DNA from: an uncultured Helicobacter sp.
GTDB taxonomy: Bacteria; Campylobacterota; Campylobacteria; Campylobacterales; Helicobacteraceae
Assembly: GCA_947177485.1 (NCBI GenBank)
Contig: CAMWUR010000004.1
Location: forward strand, 271-64,270
DNA length: 64,000 bases
Direction: 5' to 3'
Shown in pieces: positions 20,522 to 31,234 of the stretch. Made by a program: the position numbers and the translations under genes. The notes beneath the pieces were generated by a model. That model was not told the DNA's origin. It made no database searches and was given only the letters and a program-made list of their open reading frames with translations. How positions within the stretch are numbered: the first letter of the stretch is position 1; each line of letters starts with the position of its first letter.

Positions 20522-21714
20522 TCCAAAAATTCCTTGAAGCTTTTATCTATGAGGCAGTTTTCCAAGCTTCTTTGCGAAAACAAAAAACGTCCATCGCACA
20601 CAAAGCCGAGTTCTGCCCAATCGATGGCATTCAATTTATTGCAAAGTTCATATAGTTTTTTAGAATCAACATGAAACTTTGGAAAAATGGCGAGGATTGA
20701 GCCATCGTAAGCTTTGCATGTGTGGATAAAAAAAGGTTTTCGATTCCGAGTCTTTGTGTTAACATAGATTCGTGGTTTATCACTTTGATAATAATCTCTG
20801 CCCCACTGCCACCAATTTGTCGCGTCAAATTTTCTAATCTTTCTTTGCAGCAATTGTTCCTTAAAGTCTTGCAAATAGGCGCAATCTTTGCCATAGTCGC
20901 CATAAATCATGCGCCTTGTTTTTCCACTTTTTGCCGTGCTTGAGCAAACAAATTCCATATTCCCAAACGTATTATTGGTAAAAATCGAATCCGCTCCGCT
21001 CACTGCGCCGACTTTGACGAAAAACAACGCGCTAAATGGAACGTCATAACGTTTCGTGGTCAAAAAAACCTGCCCGTCTACACATCTAAATTCTTTGTTG
21101 CCATTCGTGCTACGTTCAAAATTCCCCTTTTCAAATCGCCAAATCGCGCAATTGGGTTGCGCGCCTGCAAAAATCTTTTGGTCTCCCAAATCAATAAAAT
21201 CCGTGATTGTGCCTTGAGAAAACAAAAACGCGTTGAGCTTCCTGCTCGATGTGCTCTTGAGAAAATCGCGCGGGGTGATGAAAATGAGCTCGCCCTTGTC
21301 CTTGAGGTGCAAAATACTTTTGTAGATAAAAAATAGATAGAGATTCGAACGCAAATCAAAGATATTTTGATAGGCGTTTAAAAGAAATTTGGTCGAATCG
21401 ACAATATCTTGGTAACGCACATAAGGAGGATTTCCGATAATACAATCAAACGTTTCATCGAGGCTCAACTTAAAAAAATCGATATGCACAACCCGCGATT
21501 CTAATGTAGAATCTAAACATAGGCTCGTGTCGATTTCGACCCCCAACGCGTTGTTGGGCAGGTGGTGCAAAAACGCCCCGTCTCCACAGCTTGGCTCGAG
21601 GAATCGCGGATTCCCCAGCCGCCTCATGCTTTGGGCAAGGTGCAACATCATGCTCACAATATGTTGCGGTGTGAAAACTTGCCCAAGAGATTTGACATCG
21701 CGCATTGTTTGCAA
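20518..21714 (-). CDS. gamma-class N6-adenine DNA methyltransferase (TaqI/Eco57I-like fold), paralog of 36354..37541
   Basis: 398 aa with GQVFTPQHIV, EPSCGDGAF and GNPPYV. 4-nt overlap with the CcrM-like gene. Confidence 0.85.
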   Translation of the reverse strand: MQTMRDVKSLGQVFTPQHIVSMMLHLAQSMRRLGNPRFLEPSCGDGAFLHHLPNNALGVEIDTSLCLDSTLESRVVHIDFFKLSLDETFDCIIGNPPYVRYQDIVDSTKFLLNAYQNIFDLRSNLYLFFIYKSILHLKDKGELIFITPRDFLKSTSSRKLNAFLFSQGTITDFIDLGDQKIFAGAQPNCAIWRFEKGNFERSTNGNKEFRCVDGQVFLTTKRYDVPFSALFFVKVGAVSGADSIFTNNTFGNMEFVCSSTAKSGKTRRMIYGDYGKDCAYLQDFKEQLLQRKIRKFDATNWWQWGRDYYQSDKPRIYVNTKTRNRKPFFIHTCKAYDGSILAIFPKFHVDSKKLYELCNKLNAIDWAELGFVCDGRFLFSQRSLENCLIDKSFKEFLE

Positions 21715-21716
21715 TA

Positions 21717-22355
21717 CTATGGGAACAATCTTTTCATGAGCACATCAAACATGCTCTTTTTCTCGGGCAGTGGTTCGATGCCCACAGCAGCAGATTCTGC
21801 GGCGCTTGCCCCGCGCGTGTCGGGCAGCTGTGGCACTTGCGAATCGGGTGCGGCGATGTAGCAGCGCTGTTGTTGCCCGCCGACAATCGCCTCCCAACGA
21901 TAGGTGAGCGGATAGGGGTTGTCGGGAGTGAGGAAATGCAGCCCCTCGCGCCCGACATAGACGACATCAAGCGACAAGGTTTGTCCGTCAATCAGCGAAA
22001 CGCGTGTGTTGGGCTTATGAAACAGCGCTTCACCGAGCGTAAAGCCCACCTTGGGGATAAATGTGCACATTGCAACGATGAGCAGCAGCGCATACAGTCC
22101 ACGCCAAAGGCTCGCCCAAAATGGAGGATAGACAATCAATGTGCCGACAATAACGGCAAGGAGAAGCATCACCCAGCCAAAGCCGCTGTGAAAGATAGTG
22201 TCGTAAAAAAAGGGATTATAAAAAACCTGCCTGCCGCAATCTTTGATATGATAGAAATCGATATATCCTTCACGGATTCCTGCAATGACAATTGCCACAG
22301 GCACAAGCGCAAAAAGTGAGCCGAAAAATAAAATTCCCAAAATCCGTGAAATCAT
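21717..22355 (-). CDS. hypothetical integral membrane protein
   Basis: 212 aa with several hydrophobic helices in the N-terminal half. I recognised no family. Confidence 0.5.
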   Translation of the reverse strand: MISRILGILFFGSLFALVPVAIVIAGIREGYIDFYHIKDCGRQVFYNPFFYDTIFHSGFGWVMLLLAVIVGTLIVYPPFWASLWRGLYALLLIVAMCTFIPKVGFTLGEALFHKPNTRVSLIDGQTLSLDVVYVGREGLHFLTPDNPYPLTYRWEAIVGGQQQRCYIAAPDSQVPQLPDTRGASAAESAAVGIEPLPEKKSMFDVLMKRLFP

Positions 22356-22364
22356 AAAGCCTCC

Positions 22365-22793
22365 TTAGCGAATCCGTTTGATTGTATGATGATTGAGTCG
22401 ATAGATTTTTGAAGGTGCGCGTTCGCATAGCGGATTCTCGCGCTCAAAGACGCAAATTCTTGCTGAACGTAGCGCAAAATCCATGCAAAATCTCTCGCCG
22501 CTTTTGTTTGCCGAACTGCTGAACAACCCATCGAATCGTTGCAAGAACCCAGCATGTGGACAATCGGCGACTAATCGCACAGCGCGATTGCGAATGATGA
22601 ACGTGCAGCGGCGGCTCTTGCGCACGCGAGTGGCAAATTTTTTGGGCACGCGCACGACTTCGCGCAAATTTGATAGCCGCGCTGTTGTCCAGACAAAGGG
22701 CTTGTTGGTCTCGCGATTTTTTGCACGCGCGATTGTGTCGGGATTGTGTGCCAAAAAACCTGCTGTGGTATCTGTTTGGGCAAGATAGAGCAT
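22365..22793 (-). CDS. YrdC/Sua5-domain protein (TsaC-like)
   Basis: ORF 22365..22829. The internal start [13 protein letters not shown] overlaps the carB stop (TAATG). The TDT..G motif is present. Confidence 0.5.
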   Translation of the reverse strand: MLYLAQTDTTAGFLAHNPDTIARAKNRETNKPFVWTTARLSNLREVVRVPKKFATRVRKSRRCTFIIRNRAVRLVADCPHAGFLQRFDGLFSSSANKSGERFCMDFALRSARICVFERENPLCERAPSKIYRLNHHTIKRIR

Positions 22794-25700
22794 TAGATTT
22801 CCAAATAATCTTGCAGCGCTTTTGCGCAAAAGACATCGCCGCTTTTGTTGTCTTTGAGCGCATGCAATGCTGCAAAACTCGCAGCAAGCGTGGTGAAATA
22901 GGGCACAGAATTTTTGAGCACATGTGCACGAATCATCCGCGTATCGTCTTGATTTGCCTTTGCGTCAATCGTGTTAATCACGAGCGCAATCTCATTGTTG
23001 GTGAGCATATCGCAAATGTTGGGACGTCCTTCAGAAATCTTGAGCACATGCTGTACCTCGATTCCATTCTGTGCAAGCGCGCGCTGCGTACCCTTCGTGG
23101 CGCAGACGCTAAAGCCGAGCTTGATAAACTCACGCGCGAGCTTTGCGCTACTCTTTTTGTCTTCATTGCTTAATGATAGAAACACACGACCGCCGCTTGG
23201 CAGCGGATTCTTGCTTGCGAGCTGACTTTTGGCAAAGCTCAACCCAAAGCTATGGGAGATTCCCATCACCTCGCCCGTGCTCTTCATCTCGGGTCCAAGG
23301 CTCACATCGCCACCGCCAAGCTTGCTAAACGGAAAGACAGATTCTTTCACGGCAACATGGCGCAATGCTTTTGGACGCAGAATCTCGCTTGTGAAGTCAA
23401 TGCGTCCAAAGGTGTCATAAAACTGCAATGCCTCAATGAGCGCGTCATCATGCCCCTGTGCAACGCGCCATGCCACACGTGTTGCGACTTTGGCGAGTGG
23501 GATTCCGATTGCCTTGCTCACAAATGGCACGGTGCGGCTTGCGCGCGGATTGACTTCGATGAGATAGAGTAGGTTTTCATAGATGGCGTATTGCACATTC
23601 ATAAGCCCCACAACGCCGAGCTGTTTTGCGATTGTTGTTGTTGTTTGTTCGATGTCATGCACGATGTGTTGCTCAAGGTCAAGGGGCGGCAGGGAACATG
23701 CCGAATCGCCGCTATGGATTCCCGCTTCTTCGATATGCTGCATAATCCCGGCGATATAGACGCGCTGTCCATCGCAGATGCAGTCAACATCGAGCTCGAC
23801 AGCATTGGCGAGGAATTTGTCGATGAGCACGGGAGAATCATTGCTGACGCTCACGGCTTCGCTCATGTAGTGGTGCAACTCGTCATTGTTGCGTACAATG
23901 CGCATTGCACGTCCACCGAGAACATAGCTTGGGCGTACAAGCACAGGGTAACCGATGTTTTGGGCGATTTCAAGCGCCGATTCTTTGGTTGTCGCACTAC
24001 CATTGGGGGGCTGGAGGAGTTGGTGTGCTTGCACAAATGCAGCAAATTTTTCGCGGTCTTCGGCAATGTCGATGACGCGTGCGCTCGTGCCGATGAGCTT
24101 CGCGCCCATTTTTGTGAGGTTTTTGGCGAGCTTGAGTGGCGTTTGCCCGCCGAAATGGACGATGATTCCGGCGGGATTTTCGCGCTGCACGACATTTTGG
24201 ACATGCTCAAAATCGATGGGTTCAAAATAGAGAATATCGCTTGTGTCATAGTCGGTGCTCACGGTTTCGGGGTTGCAGTTGTACAGAATGCTTTGCACGT
24301 CTAAATCACGCAATGCAAAGGCGGCATGCACACAACAATAGTCAAACTCGATTCCCTGCCCGATGCGGTTGGGTCCCCCACCGATAATCAAAACTTTGGG
24401 GTCAGAATTGACGGGCATTGCGGGGCTTGGGAGAAGAGGGGTTGTGGAATACAGATAGGCGGTTTTTGTCCCAAATTCGGCGGCGCATGTGTCGACTTCG
24501 CGATATTCGAGCTCGACACCCAAACGTTTGCGCAATTCCATAATTTCTCGCTCGCTCATCTCGATGTCGTCATTTTTGCGCACCAAAAAAGCAATCATCT
24601 TGTCGCTAAAGCCTGCGAGCTTGAGTGTGCGGAGATATTTTATGTCTTGAATTGCCTCGAATGTGATGCCTCTTTCGAGCGCGACAATCTCGGCGATTTC
24701 GTTTAGAAACCATGGGTCGATTTTGCACCAATCATGGACTTCATCAAGCGACACACCATGTCGGAATGCGTCTGCAATGTAGCGCAAGCGGTTGTGGTTG
24801 GGGTGGCGAATCTCGCGTTCAATCAGCGCCATGTCATCGCTGATTGAATCGAGCCCGCAGAGCCCAGATTCGAGGCTGCACAGCGCCTTTTGCAGCGATT
24901 CTTTGAAATGTGCGCCGATTGCCATGACTTCACCAATCGATTTCATCGATGTCGTAAGAGTCGAATCGACTTGGGGGAATTTCTCGAACGCGAAGCGCGG
25001 AATCTTCGTAACGATGTAGTCAATGCTTGGCTCGAAGCTCGCTGGTGTGCCCGTGATGTCGTTGGTGATTTCATCGAGGCTGAAGCCAACGGCAAGGAGT
25101 GTCGCGACTTTGGCAATCGGGTAACCCGTTGCCTTGCTCGCAAGTGCCGAGCTACGCGAGACGCGTGGATTCATCTCGATGACCGTCATGCGCCCATTTT
25201 TGGGGTTAATGGCAAATTGCACATTGCTGCCGCCTGTATCGACACCAATCTCGCGCAGAATCTTGAAACTCGCATCGCGCATGCGTTGATATTCTTTGTC
25301 GGTGAGCGTGAGTGCAGGCGCAATCGTAATCGAATCGCCCGTGTGCACGCCCATTGGGTCGAGATTTTCGATGCTACAAACGATGATACAATTGTCATGT
25401 TTGTCGCGAATCACTTCCATTTCAAACTCTTTCCAGCCGAGCAGCGATTCTTCGATGAGAATCTCGTGAATCGGGCTTGTCTCGAGCCCGTTGCGCACGA
25501 TTTCTTTGAACTCGTCAATGTTATATGCCACGCCGCTACCTCCGCCTGCGAGTGTGTAACTCGCGCGGATAATGAGCGGAAAGCTGAAATTTTGCAAGCA
25601 ATCAAGCGCCTCTTCTTGACTATATGCGTAAAACGATTTTGGAATATCCATTCCAATTTTAAGCATGCTTTCTTTGAAAGCCTGCCTATCCTCGCCGCGC

Positions 25701-26065
25701 CGAATCGCCTCGGGCTTTGCACCCAAAAATTCAACACCCTCGAGCATACCTTTTTCATGCATTGACATCGCGACATTCAGTGCCGTTTGCCCGCCCATCG
25801 TGGGCAGAATCGCATCGATTTTTTCGCGTTCGATGATGTTGGCAATCACCTCTTCGGTAATCGGCTCGATGTAGGTGCGGTGCGCAAACTCGGGGTCTGT
25901 CATGATTGTTGCGGGGTTGGAGTTGATGAGCACAACCTTATAGCCCAGTGCTTTGAGCGTTTTTGCCGCTTGTGTGCCAGAGTAGTCAAACTCGCATGCT
26001 TGCCCAATTACAATGGGACCAGAACCAATCAATAGAATCGTGTGAATATCGTTTCGTTTGGGCAT
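22793..26065 (-). CDS. carB: carbamoyl-phosphate synthase large subunit
   Basis: 1090 aa with duplicated ATP-grasp halves. Confidence 0.97.
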   Translation of the reverse strand: MPKRNDIHTILLIGSGPIVIGQACEFDYSGTQAAKTLKALGYKVVLINSNPATIMTDPEFAHRTYIEPITEEVIANIIEREKIDAILPTMGGQTALNVAMSMHEKGMLEGVEFLGAKPEAIRRGEDRQAFKESMLKIGMDIPKSFYAYSQEEALDCLQNFSFPLIIRASYTLAGGGSGVAYNIDEFKEIVRNGLETSPIHEILIEESLLGWKEFEMEVIRDKHDNCIIVCSIENLDPMGVHTGDSITIAPALTLTDKEYQRMRDASFKILREIGVDTGGSNVQFAINPKNGRMTVIEMNPRVSRSSALASKATGYPIAKVATLLAVGFSLDEITNDITGTPASFEPSIDYIVTKIPRFAFEKFPQVDSTLTTSMKSIGEVMAIGAHFKESLQKALCSLESGLCGLDSISDDMALIEREIRHPNHNRLRYIADAFRHGVSLDEVHDWCKIDPWFLNEIAEIVALERGITFEAIQDIKYLRTLKLAGFSDKMIAFLVRKNDDIEMSEREIMELRKRLGVELEYREVDTCAAEFGTKTAYLYSTTPLLPSPAMPVNSDPKVLIIGGGPNRIGQGIEFDYCCVHAAFALRDLDVQSILYNCNPETVSTDYDTSDILYFEPIDFEHVQNVVQRENPAGIIVHFGGQTPLKLAKNLTKMGAKLIGTSARVIDIAEDREKFAAFVQAHQLLQPPNGSATTKESALEIAQNIGYPVLVRPSYVLGGRAMRIVRNNDELHHYMSEAVSVSNDSPVLIDKFLANAVELDVDCICDGQRVYIAGIMQHIEEAGIHSGDSACSLPPLDLEQHIVHDIEQTTTTIAKQLGVVGLMNVQYAIYENLLYLIEVNPRASRTVPFVSKAIGIPLAKVATRVAWRVAQGHDDALIEALQFYDTFGRIDFTSEILRPKALRHVAVKESVFPFSKLGGGDVSLGPEMKSTGEVMGISHSFGLSFAKSQLASKNPLPSGGRVFLSLSNEDKKSSAKLAREFIKLGFSVCATKGTQRALAQNGIEVQHVLKISEGRPNICDMLTNNEIALVINTIDAKANQDDTRMIRAHVLKNSVPYFTTLAASFAALHALKDNKSGDVFCAKALQDYLEI

Positions 26066-26243
26066 GAAATTTCCTCGTATAATGGCTGTGTGATTCTAAC
26101 CTAAAAGTACTTAAAGAGGGATTCTTTGCTGCAAAATTGCGAATCGATTGGGGCTTTTAGAAACGTTTAATTTTTGTTGTGGCAGAATCTATGGGCTGAA
26201 AGAGACGCGGAAGGCAAAGAAAGCATAATATCCTTGCGTTGCG

Positions 26244-26350
26244 CGCCTCCTTTAGACCTGTGCAATGGATTTGCAAGGCAAGGCTTCAGGGTGGGAACAC
26301 AGCAGAGCACCTTGCAAATCTGTGTGCCGCAGGTATCTTGAGGGGGTACC
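26244..26350 (+). ncRNA. ffs: signal recognition particle RNA (small 4.5S type)
   Basis: UCAGG-GUG-GGAA-CAC-AGCAG matches E. coli domain IV UCAGG-UCC-GGAA-GGA-AGCAG. It is enclosed by a perfect 10-bp stem (AUUUGCAAGG/CCUUGCAAAU) and outer CCUCC/GGGGG pairing. A CATAAT-like -10 lies about 15 nt upstream. Confidence 0.65.
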
Positions 26351-26388
26351 CTCCTTTAGGAAGAATTGTAAGATGGTCTGCATTGCAG

Positions 26389-27150
26389 CTAGGCTATGGG
26401 CAAATGGTATTCGGCAAGAATGCGATTTGCCTTTCTCATTTCTTCCTCGCTTGGAATGGCGCAATCTGCGAGCTTGTATTCAAGATTGAGTTCTTGATAT
26501 TTATATGCCCCCAGCTGATGAAACGGCAGAAGCTGCACATTTTGCACACATGAAAACGGCGCAAGCAGCGCACCAAGAGCATGAATCTTCTCCTCGTTCA
26601 TCGTGTAATTTGGCACACAAACATAGCGAATCCATACTGTTTTGTTACGTTTTTCGCAATATTGCAACATACGTAATGTGTGCGCATTGCCAGCACCCGT
26701 GAGTTTGATGCAATCTTGTTCACAGACTTCTTTGATGTCAAGCAGAATCATATCTGCTTCGTTGATACATTTCCGCACTTTTTCGAGCTTTACGCAGCCG
26801 CTTGTGTCAATCGCTGTGTGTAGCCCAATGTAGCGCAGCGCGCGCAGGAGTTCATAAAGAAATGCATGTTGCAAGAGCGGTTCGCCACCCGAGATTGTAA
26901 CGCCACCTTTGCGGTAGAATTTTTTGTAGGGCACAATCTTTTTGAGAATCTCTTTGAGATTCCAGCATTGACCACCGCGAATCGCCCATGTATCAGGATT
27001 ATGGCAATACAGGCAGCGCAGCTTGCAGCCTTGCAAAAAAAGCACAAACCGCACACCAGGACCATCAGCAGCACCAAAACTCTCAAACGAATGTACTCGT
27101 GCTGTGATGTCCTTGTAGTTTGCGATGTAATTTTTGAGCGTTTGTTTCAT
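26389..27150 (-). CDS. pflA: pyruvate formate-lyase activating enzyme (radical SAM)
   Basis: 253 aa with the CKLRCLYCHN cluster motif, downstream of pflB. Confidence 0.9.
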   Translation of the reverse strand: MKQTLKNYIANYKDITARVHSFESFGAADGPGVRFVLFLQGCKLRCLYCHNPDTWAIRGGQCWNLKEILKKIVPYKKFYRKGGVTISGGEPLLQHAFLYELLRALRYIGLHTAIDTSGCVKLEKVRKCINEADMILLDIKEVCEQDCIKLTGAGNAHTLRMLQYCEKRNKTVWIRYVCVPNYTMNEEKIHALGALLAPFSCVQNVQLLPFHQLGAYKYQELNLEYKLADCAIPSEEEMRKANRILAEYHLPIA

Positions 27151-27152
27151 CT

Positions 27153-29411
27153 TTAGATTTTTTGGTGAAATGTGCGGCTAATCACATCAAGCTGTTGTTC
27201 ACGTGTTAGCTTGATAAAATTCACCGCATAGCCGCTGACACGAATGGTGAGCTGTGGGTATTTTTCGGGGTGCTCCATTGCGTCTAGCAATGTCTCACGT
27301 TTGAGGACATTGACATTGAGGTGGTAGCCCTGTTTGTTGCCATCTTCGCCATAGAAATAGCCGTCCATAAGCTGTACCAAATTGCCCGCTTCAAGCTCGG
27401 GCGTGTTGCCTAGCGCGCTAGGGACGATAGAGAAGGTGTTTGAGATTCCATCGCGGCAATATTCAAACGGAATCTTTGCAACTGAACAAAAGCTTGCAAT
27501 GCAGCCATTGGTATCACGTCCATGCATGGGGTTTGCGCCCGGAGCAAAGGGTTCGCCTGCTTTGCGTCCATCGGGTGTTGCCCCTGTTTTTTTGCCATAG
27601 ACGACATTCGAGGTAATGGTGAGCACACTCATTGTGGGCACAGAATCGCGGTAGGTTTTGTGCAGCGAGAGTTTGCGTGAGAATGCCTTGACGACTTCTA
27701 CCGCAATGGAATCGACACGGTCATCGTTGTTACCAAATTTTGGGAAATCGCCCTTGATGTCAAAATCGACAATGAGCCCACGTTCATCACGAATGGGCTT
27801 GACTCGTGCATAGCGAATCGCCGAAAGCGAATCGGCGATGACAGAGAGCCCCGCGATTCCACCCGCCATTGTGCGCACAATTTTTTCGTCATGCAAAGCC
27901 ATTTCGATGCGCTCATAGCAATATTTGTCATGCATATAGTGAATGACATTGAGCGTGTTGATATAGAGTCGCGCGAGCCAATCAAGCACGATATTGAGCT
28001 TGAACATCACTTGGTCATATTCAAGAATCTCGCCGCTCACGGGCGTGATGTTGGGTCCAACCTGTTGTCCTGTTTTTTCGTCTCGTCCTTCGTTCAAAGC
28101 ATAGAGTAATGCCTTTGCAAGGTTGCAGCGCGCGCCAAAGAATTGCATTTGTTTGCCGATTTTCATCGGCGAGACGCAGCATGCAATGCCATAATCATCG
28201 CCAAATTCAGGGAGCATGATTTCATCAGATTCGTATTGGACGCTGCTCGTGTTGATGCTGACTTTGGCGCAAAACTCCTTGAAGTTTTCAGGTAGGCGGG
28301 TGTTCCACAGAATCGTCATGTTGGGCTCTGGAGCAGGTCCAAGATTAGTGAGCGTGTGCAAGAATCGAAATGACATTTTCGTCACGAGATGTCGCCCATC
28401 AATGCACATTCCCCCGATACATTCAGTAACCCATGTTGGGTCGCCTGAAAAGAGTTCATCATAGCCAGGCGTGCGCAAGAAGCGAATCATGCGAAGCTTC
28501 ATCACAAAATGATCCACCATTTCCTGAATCTGTGTTTCGGTGTAGCGCCCGCTTTGTAAATCGCGTTCAGCATAGCAATCGAGAAACGTCGAGATTCTGC
28601 CGATGCTCATTGCCGCGCCGTTTTGTTCTTTTGTCGCAGCGAGATAGGCGAAATAGAGCCATTGAATCGCTTCTTGGGTATTTGTTGCAGGTGCGGAAAT
28701 ATCAAATCCATAGGATTGTGCCATAACTTTCAGCTCGTGCAAGGCTTTGATTTGTTCCGAGATTTCCTCGCGGTCGCGAATGGTGTCTGAATCCATCACA
28801 TCGGGCTCAAGCAGCTTTTTTGCCTTTTCTTTTTCGGCAATCAGTCGGTCGACTCCATAGAGTGCAACGCGGCGATAGTCGCCGATGATTCTGCCGCGCC
28901 CATACGAATCGGGTAATCCCGTGATGATTCCGACATGCCGTGCGAGTTTCATTTCGTCTGTATAGGCATCAAATACGCCGTCATTATGGGTTTTGCGATA
29001 TTTAAAGACATTGGCAACTTGTGGGTCTTCGGGTTTGTTGTAGGCTTTGAGCGATGTGAGCACCATGCGATAGCCACCAAAAGGCATCACCGCCCGTTTG
29101 AGAGGCTCATCAGTTTGCAGCCCGACAATCACTTCGAGTTCTTTGTCGATATATCCCGGTTTGTGCGATGTGATAGTCGAGATAGTGTCGTTTGAGATGT
29201 CGAGCACACCGCCGCGTGCGCGTTCGGTTTTCATGAGTTCGCAGACACGTTGCCATAGCTTGCTCGTTGTGTCTGTTGGGTTGGTCAGGAAAGAATCATC
29301 GCCATCGTAGGGTGTGTAGTTGCGCACGATAAAATCACGTACATTAATTTCTTCGTTCCAGATTCCCTCATCAAAGCCGCTTGTCTGAAGTTTATTTGCT
29401 GCATTGTCCAT
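27153..29411 (-). CDS. pflB: formate C-acetyltransferase (pyruvate formate-lyase)
   Basis: 752 aa with the RVSGYAV glycyl-radical motif near the C-terminus. Confidence 0.95.
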   Translation of the reverse strand: MDNAANKLQTSGFDEGIWNEEINVRDFIVRNYTPYDGDDSFLTNPTDTTSKLWQRVCELMKTERARGGVLDISNDTISTITSHKPGYIDKELEVIVGLQTDEPLKRAVMPFGGYRMVLTSLKAYNKPEDPQVANVFKYRKTHNDGVFDAYTDEMKLARHVGIITGLPDSYGRGRIIGDYRRVALYGVDRLIAEKEKAKKLLEPDVMDSDTIRDREEISEQIKALHELKVMAQSYGFDISAPATNTQEAIQWLYFAYLAATKEQNGAAMSIGRISTFLDCYAERDLQSGRYTETQIQEMVDHFVMKLRMIRFLRTPGYDELFSGDPTWVTECIGGMCIDGRHLVTKMSFRFLHTLTNLGPAPEPNMTILWNTRLPENFKEFCAKVSINTSSVQYESDEIMLPEFGDDYGIACCVSPMKIGKQMQFFGARCNLAKALLYALNEGRDEKTGQQVGPNITPVSGEILEYDQVMFKLNIVLDWLARLYINTLNVIHYMHDKYCYERIEMALHDEKIVRTMAGGIAGLSVIADSLSAIRYARVKPIRDERGLIVDFDIKGDFPKFGNNDDRVDSIAVEVVKAFSRKLSLHKTYRDSVPTMSVLTITSNVVYGKKTGATPDGRKAGEPFAPGANPMHGRDTNGCIASFCSVAKIPFEYCRDGISNTFSIVPSALGNTPELEAGNLVQLMDGYFYGEDGNKQGYHLNVNVLKRETLLDAMEHPEKYPQLTIRVSGYAVNFIKLTREQQLDVISRTFHQKI

Positions 29412-29582
29412 ATTGAACCTCTCTTAGAATTGTGTTAGCCCAGTTTCGAGCTGCAAGATTCTAGCCACGAAAACTTGAGAAACGAATTAAAAATGGTAAA
29501 TCGTTGGTTAATATGTGAGGCTTGCACTGCGAGGGACGCTTGGGCAATGTATCACCTTTGCACACTTTTGTGTGCATTTTTA

Positions 29583-29591
29583 TGCTATAAT
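29583..29591 (+). promoter_or_regulatory. extended -10 promoter element TGCTATAAT upstream of the yeeE-like gene
   Basis: Read directly. T-tracts lie upstream, and it would give a leader of about 140 nt. Confidence 0.45.
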
Positions 29592-29738
29592 GCACTTATG
29601 ATTTCGGGTTAAGCATACAGACTCGTATCATTCTTTAGGCTTTCGGTGAAGGCGCAACATCTAAAACTGCATTTCTGCTTCAATGGTGCTCACACCTGCA
29701 TTTTTAGATACATCTCTTTTTCTTTGTTAAGGATTTTC

Positions 29739-30953
29739 ATGGTGCGTCATTTTATTCAGCACTATTTGGTGCGATTCTGGTCGCCTATGCCCGCAATCAT
29801 CGCGCTTGGCGTTCTTGCGGCATATTATTTCGGGCTCACCGGGACATATTGGGCGGTTACCGGCGAATTTACGCGTTGGGGCGGGCATATTATGCAGTTT
29901 ATGGGCATAGACACGAGTTCGCTTGGCTATTTTACGATTATGGGCTTGCAAGGCACGCCGCTCGATAGAATCGATGGTGTGATGATTATTGGTATGTTCG
30001 CTGGTTGCTTTGCTGCCGCGCTCATGGCGAATAATGTCAAACTCCGCTTGCCACAAAGCAGTATCCGCGTTTTTCAGGCGCTCATCGGCGGGATTATCGC
30101 AGGCTTTGGCGCGCGAATCGGTATGGGCTGCAACCTTGCGAGCTTTTTTACAGGCATTCCTCAATTCAGCGTGCATGCATGGTTTTTTACTCTTGCGACA
30201 CTCGTGGGCGTGTGGGTCGCAGCGCAGGTTGTGAGCCTACCGCTGTTTCGCTCGAAAGTCAAGCTTGTGGCTGCCACGGCGCAAAAGCCAATCACACAAA
30301 ATCCCGCGCGAGCGAAGATTTTCTTTGTACTTGGTGTGCTTGTTTTGGTTGGAATTAGCGTGTGGATTGTGTGGCTTATGGCATTCAAACCCACGCCCGA
30401 AGGCAAGAGTATTTCTCCCCTTGCAATCGCAATGCTCTGTGGTGTTGGCTTTGGATTCATCATCTCACGTGCACAAATCTGCTTCACATCGGCGTTTCGC
30501 GATTTGTTCGTCACTGGGCGCGGCGTGATGGCACGTGCGGTGATTGTGGGCATGATGGTCTCCACCATTGGTGTGTTTAGCTATATCATGCTTGGCATGC
30601 CACCAAAGATTATGTGGGCAGGACCCAACACGATTATCGGCGGATTCTTGTTTGGGTTTGGAATCGTGCTCGCCGGTGGTTGCGAATGCGGTTGGATGTA
30701 TCGTGCTGTCGAAGGGCAGGTGCATTATTGGATTGTCGGAATCGGCAATGTGATTGGTGCAAGCCTCCTCGCACTCACGTGGGATTATTATGCCGAGCCG
30801 CTCGCAACAAGCTTCCCGCGCATTAACTTGCTTGCAACCTTTGGCAATTATGGTGGTTTGATTGTGAATTATATCGCCTTGATTGCGTTTTTGGTTGTGA
30901 TTTTGTGCATTGAAAAATATTATCTCGCTAAAAAACGCGTGCAATTTTCATAA
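29739..30953 (+). CDS. YeeE/YedE family inner-membrane sulfur (thiosulfate-type) transporter
   Basis: ORF 29646..30953. The ATG at 29739 follows AAGGA. Polytopic, with conserved Cys-containing loops (GMGCNLASF, GGCECGW). Confidence 0.75.
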   Translation: MVRHFIQHYLVRFWSPMPAIIALGVLAAYYFGLTGTYWAVTGEFTRWGGHIMQFMGIDTSSLGYFTIMGLQGTPLDRIDGVMIIGMFAGCFAAALMANNVKLRLPQSSIRVFQALIGGIIAGFGARIGMGCNLASFFTGIPQFSVHAWFFTLATLVGVWVAAQVVSLPLFRSKVKLVAATAQKPITQNPARAKIFFVLGVLVLVGISVWIVWLMAFKPTPEGKSISPLAIAMLCGVGFGFIISRAQICFTSAFRDLFVTGRGVMARAVIVGMMVSTIGVFSYIMLGMPPKIMWAGPNTIIGGFLFGFGIVLAGGCECGWMYRAVEGQVHYWIVGIGNVIGASLLALTWDYYAEPLATSFPRINLLATFGNYGGLIVNYIALIAFLVVILCIEKYYLAKKRVQFS

Positions 30954-30964
30954 AGGAGCCATAC

Positions 30965-31219
30965 ATGAAACCAACACAGAATCTCAAAGACATTGTCCCA
31001 ACGCATCGCCTCGACCTTGAGGGTGAGCCTTGCCCCTATCCCGCGATTCGCACGCTCGAGGTTTTGCCCGAGCTCAAAAAGGGCGATATTCTCGAAGTCA
31101 TCAGCGATTGCCCGCAGAGTATCAACAATATCCCCGTTGATGCGAAAAATCATGGCTATGAGGTGCTCGGAGTCGAGCAGATTGGCTCGACCATTCGCTA
31201 TTTGATTCAAAAACCCTAG
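30965..31219 (+). CDS. TusA/YeeD/YedF-family sulfurtransferase
   Basis: 84 aa with LDLEGEPCPYP (CPxP active-site motif). Confidence 0.85.
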   Translation: MKPTQNLKDIVPTHRLDLEGEPCPYPAIRTLEVLPELKKGDILEVISDCPQSINNIPVDAKNHGYEVLGVEQIGSTIRYLIQKP

Positions 31220-31234
31220 AAAAGGGCGGAGGAT

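Noticed and set aside
26239-26553. ORFs 26239..26553 (+), 26252..26464 (-) and 26265..26489 (+) in the carB-pflA gap.
   Set aside because: They overlap the SRP RNA hairpin and the 3' end of pflA. An RNA gene explains the conservation-type features better.
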